Counted from the stretch's first letter, positions 11,407 through 21,786 are shown. The stretch is DNA of 64,000 bases from a virus (IMGVR_UViG_3300044712_000688:1-64000), one strand, 5' to 3'. The notes: generated by a model from the letters alone, not told the origin. Translations and numbers: made by a program.

Positions 11407-11979
11407 CTAGAGAGCGTAGCTCTTATCTGTGGTTAGCCACAATGGCATGGTGTATCTGTGTTGATCTATTTCCTTGACTTCGTGGTTTCCGGTGCCTTGC
11501 GATGGAAATACAACTAGATCGCCTGCAGAAGGCTTTATCGAGTAGCCTAGATCGATAAATATCAGGTCACCCGTGTTGCTAAGGGTGTTTAGATACAGAA
11601 CTGCACTATAAGCAAAGTGGGTGTTTCTGCCTTCATCTGTATCATCATGCATTTGAACGTTTGCACCTGGTAGCTGTTTAGCTAGCCAAAAACCACAAAC
11701 ATAGAGATCTCTGGAATCTTGATAAATACTTTTTACAGTTTCAATTACTTTTGAGAAGTATGACCTAACTAAATCTTTAACCTCTGGGATTGTAGAATCT
11801 AGGTCTAGTAGAGGATGTTGATCATCTCTAGTTTTTTCAAACTGAAGGACTGGACGCTTGCCGTTATTTCCAATAAAAAATATTTCTGGCCTAGAGTCTA
11901 AAAGATAGTCATTGTATGACTTAAATATCTCTATATCTTCTTCAGAAATAAAGCTATTTATTACTTTTATTTGATCCAT
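11407..11979 (-). CDS. 2OG-Fe(II) oxygenase (P4H-like)
   Basis: HxD, SAVLYLN, KPSAGDLVVFPS, distal H and R. Confidence 0.85.
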   Translation of the reverse strand: MDQIKVINSFISEEDIEIFKSYNDYLLDSRPEIFFIGNNGKRPVLQFEKTRDDQHPLLDLDSTIPEVKDLVRSYFSKVIETVKSIYQDSRDLYVCGFWLAKQLPGANVQMHDDTDEGRNTHFAYSAVLYLNTLSNTGDLIFIDLGYSIKPSAGDLVVFPSQGTGNHEVKEIDQHRYTMPLWLTTDKSYAL

Positions 11980-11988
11980 GTAAAAAGA

Positions 11989-12609
11989 CTAAAGCAACTT
12001 CTCGATTTCAGAGCAAATTAGTTCATATGCTTCTTGAGAAGTCAATGGTTCTGGGTCATTCTGTTTCATAGCATAGATTCCCTTTTTTACATTGTCATAG
12101 TAGTAGTCAAGCAATGTAAAGTTGTGGAACCTCTTAACAAAGTTTCCATCTCTGTCAATTAAAAACTTCTCGAAGTTACCACCCATAGGAAATGTCTTTG
12201 GGGCTAGTGCTTCAAATAGAGGGTGTGTTTCGCGGTAGTTGTTGCGCTTTTCTCGCCAAACATCGTGAGCCTGAGAAGTGATCATCTCAGAAAAGTCATA
12301 GGTTACTTGATAAGTATCTAATGCATAGGTCCTAGCGTCATTGGCACAAGTGATGCCGTTTTCCCACTCGTTATATGTAATGCCTGGACCGCAGAAGTCA
12401 TTGGTGGGGATAGCTGCAATCTCGAAGCCTTGATCCTTATACTTTTGGTAGATTTCTTCCAGCGGAGCAAGCTGAGGTGCATTGCCACAATTCGCCGTGA
12501 CATTTACAATCAGGGTTACTTTGCCCTTGTACTTAGATAAAAAATTATCCTTGTTGTCCCAAGACTTTAGTTGGATGTCATAAATAGATTCAATAGTATT
12601 TGCGGTCAT
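11989..12609 (-). CDS. Glutathione peroxidase-family protein (Cys type)
   Basis: KYKGKVTLIVNVTANCG, PTNDF, NFEKFLIDRDG. Confidence 0.85.
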   Translation of the reverse strand: MTANTIESIYDIQLKSWDNKDNFLSKYKGKVTLIVNVTANCGNAPQLAPLEEIYQKYKDQGFEIAAIPTNDFCGPGITYNEWENGITCANDARTYALDTYQVTYDFSEMITSQAHDVWREKRNNYRETHPLFEALAPKTFPMGGNFEKFLIDRDGNFVKRFHNFTLLDYYYDNVKKGIYAMKQNDPEPLTSQEAYELICSEIEKLL

Positions 12610-12648
12610 ACTAAAATTTTACTGGACATATCCTGATAGGATTTTTGC

Positions 12649-13077
12649 ATGGTAGATATAAATGTAGAAGTATCCGAATTGAGCTTACTTCCTAGCTATG
12701 CTAATATTGGCGATGCGGGGGCCGACCTACGAGCTGCTGACTCTTATGTAGTGGCACCTCGGGATCGTGCACTAATTAAGACTGGTCTCAAGATTGCCCT
12801 CCCTATTGGCTATGTTGCCTTAGTACACCCTAGAAGCGGGCTAGCTCTTAAGCATGGAATTACGGTTTTGAATACCCCTGGAACCATTGATTCTGGCTAT
12901 AGGGGAGAAATTGCAGTCATTCTTTACAACACCTCTGACGAACCATTCTCAGTTAACAAGGGTGATCGTATTGCTCAGATGGTAATTCAAAAGTATGAAA
13001 CTGCAACGTTTTCTGTAGTTGAGTCACTAGATGACACCGATCGTGGTGCTGGTGGCTTTGGGTCAACAGGAGTATAG
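12649..13077 (+). CDS. dut: dUTPase
   Basis: AGADL, PRSGLA, GTIDSGYRGEI, RGAGGFGSTG. Confidence 0.96.
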   Translation: MVDINVEVSELSLLPSYANIGDAGADLRAADSYVVAPRDRALIKTGLKIALPIGYVALVHPRSGLALKHGITVLNTPGTIDSGYRGEIAVILYNTSDEPFSVNKGDRIAQMVIQKYETATFSVVESLDDTDRGAGGFGSTGV

Positions 13078-13081
13078 AAAA

Positions 13082-13780
13082 ATGACTGAAGTGACTTTCC
13101 GCAGTGACATGACTGTAAAGCTAATAAACTCTATGGCCTCTGATTCTGCAGTTGTTATGGCAGCTAGGGTGTCAACTGGTGCGTCTAGTGAAGACACTAG
13201 TAGGGACGCTGGGCTGATTAATTATCTAATGCGTGACCGTCACGGTTCGCCTTTTGAGCACAATGCCTTTACCTTTTTCATTGAAGCTCCAATCTTTGTG
13301 TTCCGCGAATTCATGCGTCACCGCATCGCTTCGTACAATGAAGAGAGTGGACGCTATAAGGAGCTATCTCCGGTCTTCTATGTTCCAGATGAGAATCGTA
13401 AGTTGATTCAAGTTGGTAAGCCGGGTGCCTACACCTTTGAGAGTGGGACCCGTGAACAACATCAAGAAACTTATGAAGCAATCACTGAAAGTAGTGTTCA
13501 GTCATATCAGTACTATCAGCAGATGCTGGATGCTGGAGTAGCTAGAGAAGTGGCCCGTGCCGTACTTCCGGTCAATACTTACTCGAGCATGTATGTGACC
13601 ATGAACGCTCGTGCACTTATGAACTTCCTAAGCCTTAGAACTATGCGCGAGGGCACTCACTTCCCGTCCTTCCCACAGCGTGAGATCGAAATGGTTGCCG
13701 AGAAGATGGAGTGTCATTTTGCGGAAAAGATGCCTATCACATATGATTCTTTTAACAAGAACGGAAGAGTAGCTCCTTAA
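13082..13780 (+). CDS. thyX: Flavin-dependent thymidylate synthase
   Basis: HGSPFEH, RHRIASYNEESGRY. Confidence 0.96.
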   Translation: MTEVTFRSDMTVKLINSMASDSAVVMAARVSTGASSEDTSRDAGLINYLMRDRHGSPFEHNAFTFFIEAPIFVFREFMRHRIASYNEESGRYKELSPVFYVPDENRKLIQVGKPGAYTFESGTREQHQETYEAITESSVQSYQYYQQMLDAGVAREVARAVLPVNTYSSMYVTMNARALMNFLSLRTMREGTHFPSFPQREIEMVAEKMECHFAEKMPITYDSFNKNGRVAP

Positions 13781-14070
13781 TGTCAATTAACGATTTTGAA
13801 ACTGTGCCTGATCCAGACGAGATCATTGTGTCTAAGATTGGCCCTACGGTTCGACTAGCTATGGCAGCTAAGGAAACCCTGAATGATGCAATTGCATCGG
13901 CAATCGAGACCTCTACTGACTTCGGGTATGCCCTTGGAGCTGCCGATGAGCGAGACAAACTTATTGAAGCTTTGGAAGCTGAAAAGAGTGCTCTACTTGA
14001 GCTAGATATGAACGAGCAGTATATTTCTGGAATTAGTCACGCTATCGCACTTCTAAAGGCAACTAAGTAA
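13780..14070 (+). CDS. Hypothetical protein
   Basis: Translationally coupled ORF. Confidence 0.6.
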   Translation: MSINDFETVPDPDEIIVSKIGPTVRLAMAAKETLNDAIASAIETSTDFGYALGAADERDKLIEALEAEKSALLELDMNEQYISGISHAIALLKATK

Positions 14071-14963
14071 TGAAGATTTACATTGCTGGTCCCATGACTG
14101 GCTACAAAAATTGGAACTTCCCTGCATTCTTTGAAGCAGAAGAACAGCTGATTAAGTTGGGCCACGCTCCTGTAAATCCGGCGCATAATGACGGAGCTAC
14201 GGTGCAGGAGGCTCTAGAGTCAGCTGGAAGCCCCGACTTCCCTAATAATCCATGGCGTTGGTACATGCGTCGTGATCTTCCTCAGGTATTAGAGGTAGAG
14301 GCCCTGTGTGTTCTACCTGGCTGGCAAAAATCTAAAGGTGCTTCGCTGGAGGTAACGGTTGCTAAGGCAATTGGTCTCCCAATCATGGTCTTAAAGAATG
14401 GTCAGCTTATTCCTAGGGTTCAGGCAATTGGACTTTCTGGATGGGCCAGATCTGGTAAAGATACCGTTGCAGATGTCCTAGTTAATCATGGTGGCTACAC
14501 CAAAGTCTCTTTCGCTGACCCCATGCGTGAGGCACTACTTCGCCTAAACCCCAACATTACTTACGGTGACATGCGAAATGTTCCGCTAACAACGGCAGTT
14601 CGTGGTTCATCCACTTGGGACAACGTTAAAGAATTTAGTCCAGACATTCGTCCTCTCATGCAGAGGCTCGGTACCGAGGTTGGTCGAGAGATGTTTGGCG
14701 AGAACTTTTGGGTAAATCTAGCTATTGACCGAATTCCTGATGGCTCCAAGGTTGTATTTGCAGACGTTCGATTCCCTAATGAAGCTAAGGCTGTTAAAGA
14801 CTTAGGTGGTCAGGTTTGGCGAGTAATGCGTAATGGAGTTGGCCCAGCAAATGATCACATTTCCGAACATGCACTAAATGACTATCAGGAATTTGATCAG
14901 ATTATTCTAAATAATGGGTCAATCAGCGACCTAAATCAAATGGTAAAAAAGTTTTTAGATTAA
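14070..14963 (+). CDS. DUF4406-like domain fused to deoxynucleoside monophosphate kinase
   Basis: KIYIAGPMTG...WQKSKGASLE; GWARSGKDT, FADP, QRLGTEVGR, DVRFPNE. Confidence 0.85.
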   Translation: MKIYIAGPMTGYKNWNFPAFFEAEEQLIKLGHAPVNPAHNDGATVQEALESAGSPDFPNNPWRWYMRRDLPQVLEVEALCVLPGWQKSKGASLEVTVAKAIGLPIMVLKNGQLIPRVQAIGLSGWARSGKDTVADVLVNHGGYTKVSFADPMREALLRLNPNITYGDMRNVPLTTAVRGSSTWDNVKEFSPDIRPLMQRLGTEVGREMFGENFWVNLAIDRIPDGSKVVFADVRFPNEAKAVKDLGGQVWRVMRNGVGPANDHISEHALNDYQEFDQIILNNGSISDLNQMVKKFLD

Positions 14964-15000
14964 TTTGATATTTTCTTAAAAGCCCTGTAGTTTTGATGCC

Positions 15001-16200
15001 ATGAAGAAAAACATGGTAATCGCAGCTGTGGCTGCTGCTGTAATTTCAGCCACTTCCGTGCTACCAGCTTCGGCTGTAGTAGCCACCTCTTGGGGCCTAG
15101 ACCGTATTGATGGCACCCTAGACGGCTCATACAATCCTCCTGCACTCACTGGTGCTGGAGTTACCGCCTATGTTTTGGACTCTGGCGTCAATATTTCTGA
15201 CTCTGGCTTTGGTGGACGCGCTTCTGGTGACACTGATTGCATGGGGCACGGTACTCACGTGGCTGGAATTATTGGTAGCTCCGAGTTCGGCGTGGCCCGA
15301 TCTGTAAACATTGTCTCCATCAAGGTCACTGATAACTGTGGCGGAGGGGTTACTGCTAGGAATCTGGTTGCTGGAATTGACAAAATTCTATCTATCCACA
15401 AGCCTGGGACCCCTGGAGTGGTAAACATCAGCATCACTATTGGTAAGGATGTTTTAGTAGATTCGGCAATCGAGCGCCTATATAACGCTGGACTTCTACC
15501 TGTAGTTGCAGCTTCGAATGTTAATTCGGACGCTTGTCTGTTTAGTCCTAGTGGAGCTTCTCGCGCATTCACTGTTGGCGGTATCAATCGAAATGATATG
15601 AGGACTAACACTTCCAGCTGGGGCAACTGTGTAGATATCTTTGCTCCAGGCGGTCTGATTGTTTCTGAAAATCTAAATGACCCTAATGGATCTAGGACCA
15701 TGACTGGCACTTCCATGGCCACTCCGCACGTGACTGGTGTAGCTGCGTTGTATCTTGAGCGTAACCCGAAGGCCAAGCCAGCTGAGGTCGAGAACGCTTT
15801 GCGCTCTGGTGCACTAGCTGGTGTAGTAGTTGACGCTAAGTCGGCTAACGGTAACTACCTTTTGAATACTGCTTTCTTGTCTGGACAAGCTCCAGTAAAC
15901 GCCCCTACTGTTATTGCACCACCAACCGCCGTAGAGGTTCCGGCTAGGGTATCTGGAATCAATGCAACTCGATCGGCCAATGGATACTTGGTTTCTTGGA
16001 AAGCTTCTACAAATGTGTTGAATGCTGGATCAGTAACTTATAGGGTAGAGGCAAGTTCAGATAAAAACTCTTGGGCAGTAGTTGCTCAGGTAAGTGGAAC
16101 TTCTGTAGACGTACCTACATGGAAGTTCTATCGTGTAACGGCTGTAGGTACACTTGGCGCAAGTGCTCCAAGCCTGATTTTGATGGTGGTGACTAAGTAA
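15001..16200 (+). CDS. Secreted subtilisin-like S8 protease with FN3-like C terminus
   Basis: Signal peptide; LDSG, HGTHVAG, GTSMATPHV. Confidence 0.92.
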   Translation: MKKNMVIAAVAAAVISATSVLPASAVVATSWGLDRIDGTLDGSYNPPALTGAGVTAYVLDSGVNISDSGFGGRASGDTDCMGHGTHVAGIIGSSEFGVARSVNIVSIKVTDNCGGGVTARNLVAGIDKILSIHKPGTPGVVNISITIGKDVLVDSAIERLYNAGLLPVVAASNVNSDACLFSPSGASRAFTVGGINRNDMRTNTSSWGNCVDIFAPGGLIVSENLNDPNGSRTMTGTSMATPHVTGVAALYLERNPKAKPAEVENALRSGALAGVVVDAKSANGNYLLNTAFLSGQAPVNAPTVIAPPTAVEVPARVSGINATRSANGYLVSWKASTNVLNAGSVTYRVEASSDKNSWAVVAQVSGTSVDVPTWKFYRVTAVGTLGASAPSLILMVVTK

Positions 16201-16613
16201 TGACTATGTACACTTCGACTCCTCACGCTGGGCGTGATCTGACGGATAGTCTTGATAAAGATCTAGAAAAACTACTAAACCTATCGGTAGAAGGTGACAT
16301 TGCATACGTAATGAAACGCTCAGACGGTTTGTGGGCAATTAAAAGCGATCCTCGGGGGACTAGTAAGTGGTATAAACTGTCTGGCCCTAATGCTGGTGAG
16401 ACCATGGATCCAGGCAAAGCTAAATTTAGGACTTCGACCGAACCAGAGTCGATTCATGAAAAAGAAGAGGAAGAAAAACCTAGCTATCAACTTGGCTGGT
16501 ATCAGAGCCCTAAAGCTGATCTTTACAAGTATGATGGAGAGCAGTGGACTGACGGCAAGAAAACTGTACTAGTATCAAAACCCTTGTTTAATACTTTAGA
16601 GTTCTTAGGATAA
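16200..16613 (+). CDS. Hypothetical protein
   Basis: Coupled ORF, 137 aa. Confidence 0.6.
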   Translation: MTMYTSTPHAGRDLTDSLDKDLEKLLNLSVEGDIAYVMKRSDGLWAIKSDPRGTSKWYKLSGPNAGETMDPGKAKFRTSTEPESIHEKEEEEKPSYQLGWYQSPKADLYKYDGEQWTDGKKTVLVSKPLFNTLEFLG

Positions 16614-16615
16614 AA

Positions 16616-16885
16616 ATGACAGATGCAAAAAACCCAGAACTAAAGACCATTACCTTAGAAGATATGACGGAGGCCCAAGAGTTGGCTGTTCAAATCGTAA
16701 TGGACACTGGCAAATACAATGAGCGTGATCGAATCCGAGAGTTTGTTTTGCACTACTCGAGCCGTATCGAGATGGAGCCTGGAAACTATGTACGTGATGA
16801 AATCACGCTTAGTGTTTCACAGTTCCTACAGCTTTTACACAGTGATAAGTCCCGTCTAGAGGAGCTGTCTGATGGCAAAGAATAA
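16616..16885 (+). CDS. Hypothetical protein
   Basis: Operon-like spacing. Confidence 0.6.
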   Translation: MTDAKNPELKTITLEDMTEAQELAVQIVMDTGKYNERDRIREFVLHYSSRIEMEPGNYVRDEITLSVSQFLQLLHSDKSRLEELSDGKE

Positions 16886-17171
16886 AAAAGAAGAGCGCAG
16901 GATCTATCGTGAATTCACGATGGAAGAATTTGATGAGTTTGCACTTGAAGCTCAGGCGGAGGGCGCTCATCACTATAAGAATGCGGTATTGGCCGAACTA
17001 GAGCGTCGCCGAGGCCAAGTAGTGCAGCTTATGTTTTCTCTACCATCTGGAAGTAGTATCGCTGAGGACCTAGCCGGAATTATTGCTGGACTAACGACTG
17101 CTAGCAACTACATCGAAAATATGGATGACTATGAAGATTGCGTCGGTTGTCCAGAATGTGGAAGCTTCTGA
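16872..17171 (+). CDS. Hypothetical protein with C-terminal CxxCxxC
   Basis: GGAG RBS; CVGCPECG. Confidence 0.6.
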   Translation: MAKNKKEERRIYREFTMEEFDEFALEAQAEGAHHYKNAVLAELERRRGQVVQLMFSLPSGSSIAEDLAGIIAGLTTASNYIENMDDYEDCVGCPECGSF

Positions 17172-17485
17172 TGAGCTTTGAACGAATGAGTAGCTCAGAT
17201 ATTTACATCTTTGAGCATGTTGGTGGGTTTATTCAGTGTTGCGGTTGCCGACTAACGGAGCCTGAAGATTATGAAGATGTTGGGTTTGCCAATCTAAAAA
17301 CTCCTAGGGAAGCCTTGGCTCACTTGGATGATCATGAGGCAGCTGGCGATGACATTGGCGGTGCTCGTAGGCGGATCGAGAAGAAATACGAAGATCTGGA
17401 CGCCCCTATTGAGCCGTATGTGACTCCACCTGAAGTTCGAGAGCGCCAGCTTAAACGTATGCGGGAATTGTTTAACCGTGATTAG
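17171..17485 (+). CDS. Hypothetical protein
   Basis: TGATG coupling; CCGC motif. Confidence 0.6.
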   Translation: MSFERMSSSDIYIFEHVGGFIQCCGCRLTEPEDYEDVGFANLKTPREALAHLDDHEAAGDDIGGARRRIEKKYEDLDAPIEPYVTPPEVRERQLKRMRELFNRD

Positions 17486-17654
17486 GTTTCGCTGGTATCC
17501 GAATAAACCATTAAAATACACTGCTTGGGATACGCACTGGGGTTGGCAGCTTTGGGGTCACAAGGCAAATGGCATTCGTGGCCCATATAAATGGACACTT
17601 GACATTTATTTGGGAAAGCGTATACTTGTAGTTATCTTTGGAAGGAGATAACAA

Positions 17655-17996
17655 ATGCCATGTCAAGTAGAGACGTATGATGATGGATATTCACGAGCAC
17701 GTGAGGCAAACGCTGAAACGCAGAAGTGGAAGAAAATTGCTGACAAGCTAACCCATGAGAACGATATTCTCCGTGAAGGTATTCTTGCTGCTGCAGAGAA
17801 GGCACCTAAGGCTTTTACCGCTAGCTTCTTGAAGAAGGTGAACCTAGATCAGGTTGCTCACCGCAAGGAAGATCTTCGCCGTCTAGAGAAGACTTTCCGT
17901 GCATCTAAGGATGCAGAGAAGCTAGGTCTTGTTATGTTGGCTGACCCAAATAAGCCACTACAGAAGCAACTTGGATTTGATCCTGATGCCTACTAA
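17655..17996 (+). CDS. Hypothetical protein
   Basis: GAAGGAG RBS; own promoter (TTGACA near 17599). Confidence 0.65.
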   Translation: MPCQVETYDDGYSRAREANAETQKWKKIADKLTHENDILREGILAAAEKAPKAFTASFLKKVNLDQVAHRKEDLRRLEKTFRASKDAEKLGLVMLADPNKPLQKQLGFDPDAY

Positions 17997-18906
17997 AAAA
18001 GTAATTATTCCCCGTGGTCTGCCAGGCTCCGGCAAGAGTACTTGGGTGAAAGAGCAGTTGGCTACGCACCCTGCTGGCACTGCTGTTCGCTTGAACAACG
18101 ACGATCTTTCCATGATGCTCTACAACGAGATGTGGGGCAACATGTTCAACAACACGAGCAAGGAGCTGCTCCACCACTTGCGTTTGGCAATGCTTAAGAC
18201 CTTTCTTGCGCAGGAGTACATCACGCATATTTACGTTGATAACACTAATCTTGCACGCGCAACGGTTAAGGCTCTGCAGGATGTTACTTTGTTAGCTGGT
18301 GCCGAGTTTGTTGTTGTAGACACTTTTCTGGACGTCCCTATTGAAGAGTGCATCGAGCGTGACTCGAAGCGAGAGAAGGTTGTTGGCGGAGATATTATCC
18401 GCAAGATGGCTGGTCAGCTGAAGGGCATTAAACCTTGGGTTGTGCCAGAAACCCCCTCTATCAAACCATACCCAAATAAGTTCCACGAAAATATGGAATC
18501 AGTCGTGCTTTGTGATATCGATGGAACCATTGCATTGATGAACGGTCGTGGTCCTTATGAGTTTGATAAGGTTCACACTGATCTGCCTAACTTTCCGGTG
18601 GCTGGTCTAGTAAACTCACTCTATTCAATTGGCACGAAGGTGATTTTCATGTCTGGACGTGGGGAAGAGTCTCGCTCAGAGACAGCCGCGTGGTTGTGGA
18701 ACGAGCTTGGCTTTGAATCAGAACTTTATATGCGTGCAGCTGGAGATATGCGTCCAGATTGGATTGTAAAGTATGAGCTATTCCAAGAGCACATTGCTGG
18801 TAAGTATCACGTTTGGTTTGTACTTGATGACCGTGATCAGGTTGTTGATCTTTGGCGTCGTAAGCTCGGTCTTCCGACTTTTCAGGTAGCGGATGGTGAT
18901 TTCTAA
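17986..18906 (+). CDS. pseT: Polynucleotide 5'-kinase/3'-phosphatase (T4 PseT-like)
   Basis: GLPGSGKST P-loop; CDIDGT, SGR, DDRDQV HAD motifs. Confidence 0.92.
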   Translation: MPTKKVIIPRGLPGSGKSTWVKEQLATHPAGTAVRLNNDDLSMMLYNEMWGNMFNNTSKELLHHLRLAMLKTFLAQEYITHIYVDNTNLARATVKALQDVTLLAGAEFVVVDTFLDVPIEECIERDSKREKVVGGDIIRKMAGQLKGIKPWVVPETPSIKPYPNKFHENMESVVLCDIDGTIALMNGRGPYEFDKVHTDLPNFPVAGLVNSLYSIGTKVIFMSGRGEESRSETAAWLWNELGFESELYMRAAGDMRPDWIVKYELFQEHIAGKYHVWFVLDDRDQVVDLWRRKLGLPTFQVADGDF

Positions 18907-20009
18907 TGGTGCACCTATTTAATGTCGTAGACCGCGCTACATACAGGAAAGCTTTAGAGGCTGGTTATATTAAAATTCAATCGCACCCCGAGATTCAGGG
19001 CTACGCTATCCACAACTATACTGATGCCTGTACTTGGGACCAAGCGTGGGATGAAGCAACTTTAAACTGCCGTGGCCTTATCACGGATGATGATGGCAAC
19101 ATTGTTGCTCGTGGTATGCCTAAGTTCTTTAATTCAGATCAAGAACAGGCACCTGTATTTGCTCTGGATGATGAGGTTATCGTTTCGGACAAGATGGATG
19201 GTTCTCTAGGTATTCTTTACTATCCACCAGACTTTAGCGAGGCTATCGCTACCCGTGGTTCCTTTACTTCTGATCAGGCAGCGTGGGCGACTAATTGGTG
19301 GAGAGCTAACCGTCCAAATATTGCTCTAGAGGCTGGAAAGACTTATCTATTTGAAATCATATACCCTGAGAACCGTATCGTTGTTGACTATGGTGGTAAA
19401 GAAGGTCTGGTCTGGCTTGGCACTGTAGATAACGAAACTGGTAAGTTTGAGCCTGGATGGAGTCTACCTATTGACTCTGCTCAGCAGTATAGCTATAGGA
19501 CTTGGGGTGAAGTTCTAGCTGCACCTGCACGCGATAATGCTGAAGGATTTGTAGTGACTCGAGTATCTGATGGCGCAATGGTAAAGATTAAGTACGAGGA
19601 CTATAAGCGTCTGCATAAGTATATGACTCGAATTACTGAGCGTCATGTGTGGGAATGTCTAGCTGAGGAGCGATCTTTAGAAGCAGAGTTTGCAGGTGCA
19701 CCTGATGAGTTTCATATTTGGGTTAAGGAAGTTGCTGACCGACTAAACTCTGAGTTAGAGCAGCGACACATCCAACTAATCAAGGACTATCGCGCAATTA
19801 TGTTTGGTCCACTGGAAAAGACGTTCTCCTATCCTTACGTTGAAGAGCGCGAGGCAAAGAAAAACTTTGCGCTAGCGGTTAAAGATGAAAAGGATAAGGC
19901 GTACTTCTTTATGATGTATGACGAAAAGACTTGTATTCCGAGTATCTGGAAAGAACTTAAGCCAGCTGGCGGAAATACATTTCGTATTGTAAGTTCAGAT
20001 GCAGATTAA
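18906..20009 (+). CDS. rnlA: RNA ligase 1 (T4 Rnl1/RnlA family)
   Basis: KFFN, KMDGSLG, ATRGSF, FEII, EGFV, VKIK. Confidence 0.92.
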   Translation: MVHLFNVVDRATYRKALEAGYIKIQSHPEIQGYAIHNYTDACTWDQAWDEATLNCRGLITDDDGNIVARGMPKFFNSDQEQAPVFALDDEVIVSDKMDGSLGILYYPPDFSEAIATRGSFTSDQAAWATNWWRANRPNIALEAGKTYLFEIIYPENRIVVDYGGKEGLVWLGTVDNETGKFEPGWSLPIDSAQQYSYRTWGEVLAAPARDNAEGFVVTRVSDGAMVKIKYEDYKRLHKYMTRITERHVWECLAEERSLEAEFAGAPDEFHIWVKEVADRLNSELEQRHIQLIKDYRAIMFGPLEKTFSYPYVEEREAKKNFALAVKDEKDKAYFFMMYDEKTCIPSIWKELKPAGGNTFRIVSSDAD

Positions 20010-20235
20010 GGAAATAGTAATGGCACTACCAAAAATTCCTATGATTCTGGGTGCTCATGGTGTTCAGGCTCTTGTTCGTAGAGATACTGCTGCCCGCTGG
20101 GAAGAAGTTAATCCTGTGCTAAGAGCAGATGAAATAGGATATGAAATAGATACCGACATCTTTAAAGTTGGTGACGGTATCCGTGAATGGGTTGACCTTA
20201 AGCCATACAGGAAGTCAAATGATAATCAAAACTGA
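19999..20235 (+). CDS. Stand-alone Mtd_N-like domain protein
   Basis: RRDTAARWEEVNPVLRADEIGYEIDTDIFKVGDG, like the tail-gene domain at 1900. Confidence 0.7.
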   Translation: MQIKEIVMALPKIPMILGAHGVQALVRRDTAARWEEVNPVLRADEIGYEIDTDIFKVGDGIREWVDLKPYRKSNDNQN

Positions 20236-20470
20236 GAGCGGATCCCGCTATGAAATTGATGACCACGGGATTTGTCGTAAATTTAATAGTGAAGGTGCCG
20301 GCGTAGACTCATTCAAAGTATTCTTCATGAAAGCTATTCCAGATACGGTATCTCAGATGGGAGATATCTGGGACTATCCGAATGGCGATCCAGAAGTTGG
20401 TAAGCTGCTTTATATTGGTGGCAAAGACGGATGGTGGCTAAGCACCAAGGTTATTTCTATTGAAGATTAG
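20219..20470 (+). CDS. Hypothetical protein
   Basis: Coupled ORF. Confidence 0.55.
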   Translation: MIIKTESGSRYEIDDHGICRKFNSEGAGVDSFKVFFMKAIPDTVSQMGDIWDYPNGDPEVGKLLYIGGKDGWWLSTKVISIED

Positions 20471-20520
20471 TTGCGTAATTTAATTTTATGTTGTAGTCTT
20501 TAGCTCTACTAAGGAGAAAA

Positions 20521-21057
20521 ATGAAAGACGAAATTGAGGCGCTTCCAGTAGAGAAGAAGCTACTTGATCGCATTGATCCTAGCTATGGCAAATGGATTAG
20601 CTGTGATAAGGGCTGGTATCGAATTCTGGAAGAACTAGATGCAAAGTTGGAATACCTATATCCTGGCTACAAGATTGCCCAAGTAAAGGAGAAGTTTGGT
20701 ACTCTTCGGTTCTACACTGAAGGAGTGCCTGTTGGTATTGTCGGAGAACTGATGGATGACGCTATTGCAGAAGCTTCGCGCCTATCTGCTAAAACTTGTG
20801 AAATCTGTGGCAAGTCTTCTATGCGTGGTGGCAATGGTTGGGTCTATGACCCTTCTGTTGGAACTCGTGTGCGGGGAGGTTGGTACAAGACTGTCTGTGA
20901 TGATTGTGGCATTCCACTGGGGTATGCTCCGCCTAAAGATTCATATGAAAGTGCGTATGATGATTGCATTACAGACCTTAAAGATTTTTATAAAAGTAAA
21001 GACCTTGAAGTTCCTGAAGGCCTTATCAAGTATCTGACAGGAAAAGACGATGAATAA
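20521..21057 (+). CDS. Phage protein with QVKEKFGTLRFY motif and CxxC pairs
   Basis: AAGGAG RBS; recognisable phage motif. Confidence 0.7.
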   Translation: MKDEIEALPVEKKLLDRIDPSYGKWISCDKGWYRILEELDAKLEYLYPGYKIAQVKEKFGTLRFYTEGVPVGIVGELMDDAIAEASRLSAKTCEICGKSSMRGGNGWVYDPSVGTRVRGGWYKTVCDDCGIPLGYAPPKDSYESAYDDCITDLKDFYKSKDLEVPEGLIKYLTGKDDE

Positions 21058-21313
21058 CGACTTACTGCATGCGCTCGAGATGTCTAAGGACATTATCTCG
21101 ATGTTAGCTGGTGTAAAAAAGCAAGCTGCAGATGCCGGGTTTAGCGAAGAGATTGCAGAATTAATTGCTTTAGAGATCTTAAAAAAGGGTGGTTCTTAAT
21201 TTGTCTATTTTTGGTTGGTGCCTAACTGGTCATCATGAGCATTGTATCCTTAAACTACCTTCAGCTGATGTTTTATGTGGTTGCAAATGCCACTCTAAGA
21301 AAAAGGAGTCAGA

Positions 21314-21784
21314 ATGATTTCTCAGGATGATCTTGATAAAGCAAAAGAAATTGCTCGACTTCATGATGAAGCTTTTTGGCATCTACATAAATTTGATGGC
21401 CATGCTAAAAGTGGCGACGGCAATGTCTCCATCGAACTTGGACTAGGCACTGTTTGGGATAGGCAAGATGGTCCGGTAGAGCCGACAATTAGTGTAAATA
21501 TCTACTCATATGTAGTTGCAAGTGATACTCCTTCTTACCCTAACTTTGGACAACGCAGCCACTACTTCGAATCAGTAGATCAAGCACTTGATGCAATGAG
21601 GGAGTGGCACGCTGAAGCCATGGCGTACAATCCGTCTGAAGCAGACATCGCAGAGGCCAATGAAATGGCAAGTGATATCTGGGAAATTGTCAAGGATAAA
21701 ACAACTATTTATGAGTTGAAGAATGGTGAGACTACCCAGGTTTGGCCACCAAAGCGATTCAGGGATATTGCTAATGGAGAGTAG
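21314..21784 (+). CDS. Hypothetical protein
   Basis: AAGGAG RBS. Confidence 0.65.
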   Translation: MISQDDLDKAKEIARLHDEAFWHLHKFDGHAKSGDGNVSIELGLGTVWDRQDGPVEPTISVNIYSYVVASDTPSYPNFGQRSHYFESVDQALDAMREWHAEAMAYNPSEADIAEANEMASDIWEIVKDKTTIYELKNGETTQVWPPKRFRDIANGE

Positions 21785-21786
21785 TC

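Noticed and set aside
11989-12609. Selenocysteine or stop-codon recoding
   Set aside because: The GPx active site is a normal Cys, and conserved genes translate fully with the standard code.
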